Shown here: one piece after another, positions 43,506 through 51,762 of the stretch | Position numbering within the stretch: the first letter of the stretch is position 1 | How the letters are laid out: each line of letters starts with the position of its first letter | NCBI GenBank assembly: GCA_036337435.1 | Contig: JAYZEG010000025.1 | Span: 1 to 53,248 of the forward strand | Reading direction: 5' to 3' | DNA length: 53,248 nt | Source of the DNA: Myxococcota bacterium | Lineage (GTDB): Bacteria > Myxococcota_A > Bradymonadia > UBA7976 > UBA1532 | Position numbers and translations under genes: made by a program | Notes under the pieces: generated by a model | What the model was told of the DNA's origin: nothing | The model's input: the letters and a program-made list of their open reading frames with translations, nothing else | Databases searched by the model: none

Positions 43506-44603
43506 ATGAAATCTTACTTTTCATGCCTGCTGCTGATGTGTCTGGCCTGTGGCCATGCCAAAAGCGAAACCAAGCCGAAAACATCTGATAGCGTCATTGA
43601 CAGCCTGACGATACCCGCGATTCCTGAATGGACAGATCGGTACGCGGATGGCAAAAAAGGCGATGTTCGATTCTTCAACCTGAGCGAGGTCATGCGCCGG
43701 TTCAAGGTCGATCGATTGGGGGCCGTAGAAATCCAGAATACGTATCGTGATCTGACTCGTGCCAATCCAAAGATGGCTGGCGATCAGGGTCTTATGGCTG
43801 CTGTCAAACGCGTCCAGGAGGGGCGTTTGGAGAGCGGGGTCGTCCGTGATGAACTCGAGAAGGCACCCTTTATCGTCGTTTTTGATCTAGATGAGACGCT
43901 CTACGACCAATATTACGGGGGCGGCGATGCATGTCATTCGGTCGCCTATGCGCGTAGCAACGGCAAGATGAAATACATACACATGGTGCCGGGTTGGGCA
44001 GAGACCATTCGAAGCTTGGTGAAAATGGGTGGGCGTGTGGTTCTCTTCTCGGCGAACTTGGACAAAACAACCCTAGACAATCTTGCCCAAATTAAGCTGG
44101 ATGGTCAGCCGCTGACAAACAGCCCATTGATCTCGGGCATTATGACCAACAGTCACCTGACACAGCAGGAGAAGACCGAAGCACCGGGGAGTCCAGAGAA
44201 ACCCCGTAAGGGACGACCCGTCGTGGAGCCTTCCAAGGATTTACGGCATTTCGATCCAACTCTCGAACGTGTGATTATTGTCGATGACAATCCCCTTCGC
44301 CTTTTTCAATTCCAGAACATTCGGGTGTTTAAGAAATTTCATGCCGACAAATATTGTAAGACCACTGATCCGGTCGTGAAGAGCAGCTATGAGCGAGCAA
44401 TGTCCGTTGTTGTGGACGAAATCAAAGAAACTGTTGGCTACATGAAGGCCAATGCAAACACGACCTTCAAAATCGCATATCTGCCCTACACACCGCTCGG
44501 GCAGACGGCCATGACCTTTCTTATGACGGGGCAGACATGGACGGCAGACCAAGCGCGCGCCTACCTCCGAAAAAATCCGTCCATCGTCGACAAGCGCTAT
44601 TGA
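43506..44603 (+). CDS. Exported HAD-superfamily phosphatase of FCP1/NIF type (probable lipoprotein)
   Basis: GGAG RBS and signal MKSYFSCLLLMCLAC. HAD motifs VVFDLDETL (I), LFSA (II), KDL (III) and VIIVDD (IV). Confidence 0.82.
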   Translation: MKSYFSCLLLMCLACGHAKSETKPKTSDSVIDSLTIPAIPEWTDRYADGKKGDVRFFNLSEVMRRFKVDRLGAVEIQNTYRDLTRANPKMAGDQGLMAAVKRVQEGRLESGVVRDELEKAPFIVVFDLDETLYDQYYGGGDACHSVAYARSNGKMKYIHMVPGWAETIRSLVKMGGRVVLFSANLDKTTLDNLAQIKLDGQPLTNSPLISGIMTNSHLTQQEKTEAPGSPEKPRKGRPVVEPSKDLRHFDPTLERVIIVDDNPLRLFQFQNIRVFKKFHADKYCKTTDPVVKSSYERAMSVVVDEIKETVGYMKANANTTFKIAYLPYTPLGQTAMTFLMTGQTWTADQARAYLRKNPSIVDKRY

Positions 44604-44615
44604 AGTCGCAGGGAC

Positions 44616-45833
44616 TTATTCGACAAAATCGACTGAGCCACCATCGGCATTGGGTGTCCAACGGCGTTCCAATATGACGTCGATGGCACCTTCTGGCGGC
44701 CGACTTGCGATGGTTGATTTCATGATTCGACTCAAGCGGACACCGGCGCGTCGGGCATTTGCATCCAGCCATTGGAATGCCGCAGCAGGAATATCTAGAT
44801 TACCATCATCATTGGAGCGGCACACGATCATTCGGTTGGCGACCTGGACACGGACGAGCACATAATCTCCGTTTCCGGCCTGCCAGGTTAAGTTGGTTCC
44901 GTTCCGGTTTAGGGCACCACCTGTAATGGTCGCATTCGCGACATTCTCGGGCGAGTTGGTCATCAAGGCGAACGCACCCATTCGGCCCCCTCCTGCTCCA
45001 GTAATCGTAATCTCCCCGCCCATTCCATCCCAGAGATCAAATGCATCCTGAGGCAAAGAATAGCCTTCTGCAAACTCCTGATAGGGCAGCTCGTAGTTCT
45101 CGGTTCCACTCACGGTGATCAGACCAACATCGAGGAATCGACCGCGACCGAAATCGGCGACGTCTGCTGTGTCGAAGAGCGAACAGGGATCATCTCCGTT
45201 CACGATTTCAGTTGGTACTTGCTGCGCATCAGGCCAAGCGTCATCTACGTTTCGCGGGTTTGGAAATCGGCTAAACTGTCTGAATTGAGCGCGGCCTTCG
45301 AGGCCGGGTGCTAAGTCATTACCACCCTCTTCGAGAATTTCTGTAAGCCACACGATGCCGCGGATACTCGTATCAAACTGGTCGTTTAATTGGCTGTTTC
45401 CGGACCCACCGGCACCGGCCATACCACCAGCACCGCCCGCGCCACCTTCGCCACCCATGCCGCCAGCACCGGCCATGCCGCCAGCACCGGCCATGCCGCC
45501 TTCGCCCCCCATGCCGCCTTCGCCGCCCATGCCGGCAGCACCACCAGCACCGGCCATGCCGCCTTCGCCACCCATGCCAGTCATGCCGGCGTCAGGTGGC
45601 ACGATACAGAGGCCGATAGGACCACCTGACAGGTCGCATACTTGGCCATCCAAGCATTGAGCATCTGACCGGCAGGGCCTGGGATCATCGCTCGTACCCA
45701 TGTCCGGGTCTACAGTCCCGCTGTCCATGGCTCGATTTTGATTGATGGGCGGACCCGCCGCGTCGTCACAGGCACTGAGCCCAATCGATATCGATGCAAT
45801 GAAGCTGAGTACCAAGATTCTCGAAATGACCAT
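44616..45833 (-). CDS. Hypothetical lipoprotein with Cys knot and Gly/Met-rich linker
   Basis: Lipobox LSAC, CRSDAQCLDGQVC…C, a (GGMAGAGG)n linker and a C-terminal beta domain (LTW…IVC…DDG..DIP). Confidence 0.8.
   Translation of the reverse strand: MVISRILVLSFIASISIGLSACDDAAGPPINQNRAMDSGTVDPDMGTSDDPRPCRSDAQCLDGQVCDLSGGPIGLCIVPPDAGMTGMGGEGGMAGAGGAAGMGGEGGMGGEGGMAGAGGMAGAGGMGGEGGAGGAGGMAGAGGSGNSQLNDQFDTSIRGIVWLTEILEEGGNDLAPGLEGRAQFRQFSRFPNPRNVDDAWPDAQQVPTEIVNGDDPCSLFDTADVADFGRGRFLDVGLITVSGTENYELPYQEFAEGYSLPQDAFDLWDGMGGEITITGAGGGRMGAFALMTNSPENVANATITGGALNRNGTNLTWQAGNGDYVLVRVQVANRMIVCRSNDDGNLDIPAAAFQWLDANARRAGVRLSRIMKSTIASRPPEGAIDVILERRWTPNADGGSVDFVE
45401..45590 (-). repeat. Gly-rich coding repeat built from 18-bp units
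   Basis: CCAGCACCGGCCATGCCG occurs exactly at 45463, 45481 and 45544. Confidence 0.8.
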
Positions 45834-45978
45834 CGAATTCCGCCCCCTCTGGTTTGTCGATTTTGTCCGAAAGTAGATCTATTCTGTAAACTGGCTATCA
45901 TTTTTGTACACCGTGACCGCTTTTGAGTTTCACTCAGAGAGCTTGATATCTCAAAGGCTTACGACGACGAGGATACCC

Positions 45979-48093
45979 ATGACCACCCACAGTGTAGCCG
46001 AAACAATCGAATTGCGACCACATGATCTTTCAGATCCTCAATTTTATATTCATCGTGAATTGAGTCTGTTGCAATTTTTTCGGCGTGTTTTGGCCATGAG
46101 TACGGACCCGGATACACCCATTTTGGAGAGATTGCGGTTTCTGACAATTTGCAGTGCCATCTCCGATGAGTTCTTTGAAATCCGTGTTGCCGGGATGAAG
46201 CAAAGGCTCGAGCTCGGTCTGACCCAGGTTCGGCCGGACGGTATCGGCCAGAGTGAGGCACTTGACCGCCTCGGCCAGACTGTTCGTGCTATGGTCTCCG
46301 AGCAGTACGATATTCTTAATTCACAAGTGCTTCCTGAACTGCGCTCCCATGGAATTCAAATTCTCAAGCGAGATGAATGGAATAAAAAGCAGAAGAAGTG
46401 GCTAAAGACGTATTTTGAAGACCAGGTTCTACCCGTGTTGACGCCCGTCGGTCTGGACCCTGTCCACCCATTCCCCAGAACCGTCAACAAAAGCCTGAAC
46501 ATGATCGTGTCCTTGGAAGGTACAGATGCCTTTGGCCGGACCAGCGAGTATGCAATTCTGCCTGTTCCGCGTTGTCTTCCGCGTTTGGTTCAGATGCCAA
46601 AAGAAATTGGCGGTAGCGACCACAGCTTTGCCTTACTGTCCTCGATTATTCATTCTCACGTCGCCGATGTTTTCCCAGGGATGAAAGTCAGGGGGTGCCA
46701 TCAGTTCCGAGTCACTCGGAATGCGGATATGTGGGTCGATGAGGAAGAGGTCGAAGATTTGGTGGATGCCCTTAAGGGTGAGCTGTTTCGCCGACGCTAC
46801 GGTGATGCCGTACGACTTGAGGTACCCACCAGCTGTCCGAAGAAGGATATCAACCTGTTGCAGCAACAGTTTAACCTTCAACCGACCGATGTGTATCGCG
46901 TAGATGGACCAGTTAACCTATATCGGCTGGAGAAGATTTACAGTTTGGTCGATCGGGCTGAGCTCAAATACAAAGGGTATATCCCCAGTCGTTTTCAAGT
47001 GGCTCCCAATTCAGATTTGTTTGAGATTCTAGGCCGTACAGATGTCTTGTTGCATCACCCCTTTGAGAGTTTCTCACCTGTTGTTGACCTGGTACGACAG
47101 GCCGCAGAAGACCCGGCTGTACTGGCCATTAAGCAGACCTTGTATCGGACAGGCGCGAATTCTCCATTCGCAGAGGCTCTGATCAAGGCGGCTCGAAATG
47201 GTAAAGAAGTCACGGCTGTGATCGAATTACGTGCCCGCTTTGATGAAGAGGCGAACATCGATTTGGCGCGTCGCCTACAAGACGCTGGTGCTCACGTTGT
47301 GTACGGGATCGTGGGGCACAAAACCCATGCAAAGCTTCTTTTGATCGTCCGGCGACAGGGAGGCAAGCTCCAGCGATATGCCCATCTCGGCACCGGCAAC
47401 TATCACACAGGGACCGCCAAAGCGTATACGGACATGAGCCTGATGACCTCGAGGCAAAGCATCACGAAAGATGTGCATAGTTTATTCATGCAGCTGACCG
47501 GCGTCGGCCGGGCTGGTGAACTCGAAGCCTTGTTGCAATCTCCATTCACCTTACAGCCCTGGCTTCTCGAACGACTTGAGTTCGAATCCAAAGAAGCGAA
47601 AGCAGGCCGTCCTGCACGAGCCATAATGAAGTTCAACTCCTTGAGCGATCCAGTCATGATCAAAGCACTGTATAAGGCCTCTCAGGCTGGCGTAAAGATA
47701 GACCTGATCGTTCGCGGCATCTGTTGTCTCAGACCAGGCGTTCCTGGACTGTCTGACACTATTTCGGTTCGGTCAATCGTGGGTCGTTTCTTGGAGCATT
47801 CGAGAATCTATTATTTCAATGCCGCAGGCGCCGATTTGGTTTACTGCGCCAGCGCAGACTTGATGGGTCGAAACCTCTACCGGCGTGTTGAAGCCTGCTT
47901 CCCCATCATTCCCAAAGAGTTGCGACGTCGAGTGATAGAAGAAGGACTCAAGACTTACCTCGACGATAATGCTGGTGCTTGGCTTCTCCAAACAGACGGA
48001 ACCTACAGGCGAATACTGACGACCGAACCCGGCGCGGGTGCTCGAGTCAGTGCTCACGAGACGCTCCTAGCGAAACTTGCTGAACCCATGTAA
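45979..48093 (+). CDS. ppk1: Polyphosphate kinase 1
   Basis: RELS, DEFFEIRVAG, HPFP, LHHPFESF (phospho-His region), IKQTLYR, ELRARFDE, KTHAK, GTGNY and GRFLEHSR. GAGG RBS before ATG 45979. Confidence 0.97.
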   Translation: MTTHSVAETIELRPHDLSDPQFYIHRELSLLQFFRRVLAMSTDPDTPILERLRFLTICSAISDEFFEIRVAGMKQRLELGLTQVRPDGIGQSEALDRLGQTVRAMVSEQYDILNSQVLPELRSHGIQILKRDEWNKKQKKWLKTYFEDQVLPVLTPVGLDPVHPFPRTVNKSLNMIVSLEGTDAFGRTSEYAILPVPRCLPRLVQMPKEIGGSDHSFALLSSIIHSHVADVFPGMKVRGCHQFRVTRNADMWVDEEEVEDLVDALKGELFRRRYGDAVRLEVPTSCPKKDINLLQQQFNLQPTDVYRVDGPVNLYRLEKIYSLVDRAELKYKGYIPSRFQVAPNSDLFEILGRTDVLLHHPFESFSPVVDLVRQAAEDPAVLAIKQTLYRTGANSPFAEALIKAARNGKEVTAVIELRARFDEEANIDLARRLQDAGAHVVYGIVGHKTHAKLLLIVRRQGGKLQRYAHLGTGNYHTGTAKAYTDMSLMTSRQSITKDVHSLFMQLTGVGRAGELEALLQSPFTLQPWLLERLEFESKEAKAGRPARAIMKFNSLSDPVMIKALYKASQAGVKIDLIVRGICCLRPGVPGLSDTISVRSIVGRFLEHSRIYYFNAAGADLVYCASADLMGRNLYRRVEACFPIIPKELRRRVIEEGLKTYLDDNAGAWLLQTDGTYRRILTTEPGAGARVSAHETLLAKLAEPM

Positions 48094-48138
48094 ACGAGTA
48101 CAGTCTTGGGCAGGTCACAACAGTTAGGGGACGTGTAG

Positions 48139-49671
48139 ATGTCTGCAGGAACAGCCAAAGTAATCGGCGTCCTGGGCTACTTGCTGGTTCTGCTCTACAT
48201 CGGTTTTGCGGCATCCAGACGGATGAAGGATTCGAGAGATTTCTTTGCCGCCGGTAAATCCCTGGGCTTCTGGTCGGTTGCATTTTCTGCGAGGGCAACC
48301 GGGGAGTCGGCTTGGTTGCTCATCGGTTTGACCGGTATGGGGGCCATGGTTGGCGTTCATGCCTTCTGGATCGTGCTTGGCGAACTCCTCGGGGTGACGG
48401 CCGCTTGGTTGATCATGAGTCGTCGATTCAAGCGTCTCACAGATCGATACGACAGCATCACGATGCCAGACTACTTGGAATCTCGATTTTCGGATCAAAC
48501 CCATCGAATTCGATATGTCTCTGCCTTTGCCCTCGTGATTTTTGTGACCCTCTATGTGTCGGCTCAGATCGATGCAACGGGCACAGCGTTTGAGACGTTT
48601 TTGGGTTGGGACTATTACCTCGGCGCGGGCGTTGGGTTTGCGGTGGTTTTAGTTTATTGCACCTTCGGTGGGTTCCTGGCCGTCGCCTGGTCCGATGTTT
48701 TCCAAGGTGCTTTGATGTTCGTCGGCTTGGTGACCTTGCCCATCGTCGGGCTCTATCTCACGGGCGGTATCCAGCCTATGTTGAGTACACTCGGTACGAT
48801 CGATCCCCATTTGCTCAACTGGTCGGGCGGGGCCAGTTGGGACATCATGGCGGTTTGCAGTGCCATCAGTTTCGCACTCATCGGCCTCGGTTTCTTGGGG
48901 TCACCACAAATTTTCGTTCGTTTCCTTGCTCTTCGAGATGAATCCGAAATCAAAAAAGGGGCTACCGTGGCCATTGTCTGGACCCTGCTCGCTGACAGCG
49001 GCGCAGTTGTCATCGGCATGGTCGGACGGGCGTTATTCACAGGGCCAGGGACGGACCCTGAATCCGTTCTTGGCAAGAGTGCTGAAGGTGTTTTACCCCA
49101 ACTTGTTGAACTGGCCCTGCCCTCTTTATTGGTGGGTTTATTCATTGCAATTGTGCTCTCTGCCATCATGTCGACCATCGATTCTCTGTTGGTGGTTGCC
49201 TCATCGGCGATTGTTCGGGACGTCCATCAGCAAATTAGGCATCCAGGCTTGTCCGATGAAGCCCTCATGCCCTTGAGTCGTAAAGTCACCATCGCTTTGG
49301 CTTTCGTCGCCCTCGCAATCGCGCTCAGTGTAGCCCTCTTTGCAGAAGGCCGTTCGGTTTTCTGGTTCGTGATCTTTGGTTGGTCTGGGATTTCGGCGAC
49401 TTTCTGTCCAACGGTCATCTTGTCTTTATTTTGGAAACGAATGACGGGGGCTGGTGCTCTGGCGGCGATGCTCGTCGGCTTTGTCTCGGTTCCCATCTTT
49501 AAGTTCTTGGCACCGAGCTTACCTGTGGTGGGCGCGTATTTCGCTAAGCTATCCGAGTTGCCGCCCGCTTTTGTCTGTTCATTCTTGGCGGGGATTGTTG
49601 TGAGTTTGGCGACGAAGACATCGGTTCCAGCAAACGCGAAAGCCGACCTAGCCCATGCGAGCGAGCACTAA
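48139..49671 (+). CDS. putP: Sodium:solute symporter, sodium/proline symporter-like
   Basis: DFFAAGK, ESAWLLIG, YLESRF, GGFLAVAWSD..QG, GSPQI.VRF and SAIMSTIDS. About 13 TM segments. Confidence 0.85.
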   Translation: MSAGTAKVIGVLGYLLVLLYIGFAASRRMKDSRDFFAAGKSLGFWSVAFSARATGESAWLLIGLTGMGAMVGVHAFWIVLGELLGVTAAWLIMSRRFKRLTDRYDSITMPDYLESRFSDQTHRIRYVSAFALVIFVTLYVSAQIDATGTAFETFLGWDYYLGAGVGFAVVLVYCTFGGFLAVAWSDVFQGALMFVGLVTLPIVGLYLTGGIQPMLSTLGTIDPHLLNWSGGASWDIMAVCSAISFALIGLGFLGSPQIFVRFLALRDESEIKKGATVAIVWTLLADSGAVVIGMVGRALFTGPGTDPESVLGKSAEGVLPQLVELALPSLLVGLFIAIVLSAIMSTIDSLLVVASSAIVRDVHQQIRHPGLSDEALMPLSRKVTIALAFVALAIALSVALFAEGRSVFWFVIFGWSGISATFCPTVILSLFWKRMTGAGALAAMLVGFVSVPIFKFLAPSLPVVGAYFAKLSELPPAFVCSFLAGIVVSLATKTSVPANAKADLAHASEH

Positions 49672-50306
49672 CCTTCGGGTGGCAGAGCCACATCTTGTGC
49701 GTAGGATTTCTTCGTCATTTTTCGAATGCCGGAAAGGGTATTCAGCGGCCACTTTTTCTGAATCAAATTGACGAGCCACGAGGGCAACAATCCCTTGGGA
49801 TCTGTATGAACTTCAACCCGAACGAAGGTCTGTCCTTGTCCACGCGGTTCCAAAACGTACTGGCAGCGCCTTAAATACGCTCGAACGCCGACGGTTTTCG
49901 GTGCCTTCGGATGGGTTGTAGACCGAATATCGACGATGGCGCCTGTACCATTCCGTCTTACGTCCGCTTGATAAACATAATCTCGGTTACTGATTGGAAT
50001 CGGTAAGCCAAATTCCTGGTAAATGATCGCCGAATATTTAGACTTTCGCTCGAGAACCCGGCTGTCCTTGAGGCGATGAACCCATTTTTTTCGGTGTTCA
50101 TTAGACATCAAAACCCAAAGAATTCGCTCCACGCTGGCATTGATGACAGTTTCGCCACTAAACGCGACGATCTTGCTTCCTGGGACGTCCTTTCGATACG
50201 ATTTAACGCCATCTTCATGACCAATTTCCTCCCAACCTTTGGCGTGTATAAGGCCGGGTAGGGCCGTTAGAAAGAAAAACCAAACGAACGATAATCTCAG
50301 TCTCAT
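49668..50306 (-). CDS. Secreted START-domain lipid-binding protein
   Basis: GGAGG RBS before ATG 50306 and signal peptide (…LIHA|K). Motifs W…DGVKSY, PISNRDYV and DPKGLLPSWLVN. Confidence 0.85.
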   Translation of the reverse strand: MRLRLSFVWFFFLTALPGLIHAKGWEEIGHEDGVKSYRKDVPGSKIVAFSGETVINASVERILWVLMSNEHRKKWVHRLKDSRVLERKSKYSAIIYQEFGLPIPISNRDYVYQADVRRNGTGAIVDIRSTTHPKAPKTVGVRAYLRRCQYVLEPRGQGQTFVRVEVHTDPKGLLPSWLVNLIQKKWPLNTLSGIRKMTKKSYAQDVALPPEG

Positions 50307-50486
50307 AAAGCCTCCTGACGTGCGCGAACTGCGTCGCTTGTTGTACTTGACAAAGTGCTCTTGATCCAGCGCATTCCACCAGAGTCCGAACAATCCAGTG
50401 GTTCTTTGTCTCTCTAGAATTAATGCGCCTGGGGCCAGCATGCTTTGCTGTTCTCTAATGAACTCGGATTATGGCAAACTAAGGTC

Positions 50487-51389
50487 ATGATTGGTCCCAC
50501 ACTCGCTGAGCTCCATCGACATCTTGACGGATCGATACGGTCTGAAACCCTTGCCGAGTTGGCTGCAGCTGCAGGGGTACACGTTCCAGAAACGCTCTTA
50601 TTCAAACCGGGTATGGGTCTCGATGATGCATTGAGTCGATTTGGATTCATCTTGACCTTACTCCAGGATGCAGCGTCGTTGACGCGCGTAGCCCATGAGA
50701 TTTGTCAGGATGCGAAAGCGGAAGAGATCGAGCATCTGGAAGTTCGGTTTGCGCCACAGTTGCATGGGTTGACGAGCCTTGCAAAGAGCGTTGATGCTGT
50801 TGTTGACGGTCTACATGACCATGGGTCTCTGATCCTTTGCTTACTCTACGGTGATCCTCCTGAACTCTTAGAGAATTTAGTCGACTTGGCTCGTGACAGA
50901 CCACGGGTCGTCGGCATTGATGTGGCCGGTGGGCCAGCGTCCGGACATCGTTGGGGTCTGCGCGATTATGGGGCCGGTTTTTCAAAGGCGCGCCGTTTGG
51001 GATTGGGTCGAACGATTCATGCGGGTGAGGGCCGTTCGGTGGCTGAGATCAAATTTGCTATCGAGCATTTATACGCTCAACGGATCGGTCATGGTGTCAC
51101 CTTGCTCGACGACCCAAATGTGGTTGATTTGGTTCGCACGAGAGGCGTCACCATTGAAGCCTGTCCGACCTCAAATTGGCACACCGGCGTCATTGGGCAG
51201 ATCGCCGAACATCCCCTTAAGATTTGGCTTGAATTGGGCGTATCGGTCACCCTGTGCACCGACAACACGCTCTTGTCGGACACCACCCTACCCGAAGAAT
51301 ACAGTCGTGTGACCGATGCGTTGTCCCTGAGTCAAGACGAGGTAGAAAAACTCCGGTTAAACGGTGTAAATGGACGATTTCAATGCTGA
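50487..51389 (+). CDS. add: Adenosine deaminase family amidohydrolase
   Basis: ELHRHLDGS, EVRFAP, GIDVAG, TIHAGE, RIGHG, CPTSN and TDN. Confidence 0.9.
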   Translation: MIGPTLAELHRHLDGSIRSETLAELAAAAGVHVPETLLFKPGMGLDDALSRFGFILTLLQDAASLTRVAHEICQDAKAEEIEHLEVRFAPQLHGLTSLAKSVDAVVDGLHDHGSLILCLLYGDPPELLENLVDLARDRPRVVGIDVAGGPASGHRWGLRDYGAGFSKARRLGLGRTIHAGEGRSVAEIKFAIEHLYAQRIGHGVTLLDDPNVVDLVRTRGVTIEACPTSNWHTGVIGQIAEHPLKIWLELGVSVTLCTDNTLLSDTTLPEEYSRVTDALSLSQDEVEKLRLNGVNGRFQC

Positions 51390-51404
51390 CCTGGGAGTGG
51401 ATTT

Positions 51405-51740
51405 TTGCTTGAACTAGACCTTGGGCTCATCGAATGGGCAGCCCGCTGGAGCTTGTCCCACCTGAATTCTATCTGCTTTGCCATCGTCACCACCCTTGCG
51501 GCCATTTACGGCCAGGGCATTCACGACTGGATTCGACGTCGAATTGGACAGCGGCATTTGCTGATCCGCACAGCGGCCTTCGTGTTCATCTGTGCCTTCG
51601 GTTATGGATGGTGTATTCTCAGACTCACGCCGCAGCTCGCTTGGGGATTACGTCAGCTGCCCACACGGTTACTCCCCCTTGCATTGATTCTGATCTTCGT
51701 TCTTTTGGGAGTTGCGGCTGAGAGGCGTCGAAAAATTTGA
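51405..51740 (+). CDS. Small membrane protein, DUF3392-like
   Basis: Three hydrophobic segments and the motif RTAAFVFICAFGYG. GGAG RBS before the TTG start. Confidence 0.7.
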   Translation: MLELDLGLIEWAARWSLSHLNSICFAIVTTLAAIYGQGIHDWIRRRIGQRHLLIRTAAFVFICAFGYGWCILRLTPQLAWGLRQLPTRLLPLALILIFVLLGVAAERRRKI

Positions 51741-51762
51741 AAGTCGAGATACAGAGGCAGCC

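Noticed and set aside
45355..45660. Pro/Met-rich plus-strand ORF
   Set aside because: Antisense shadow of the GGMAGAGG linker in 44616-45833.
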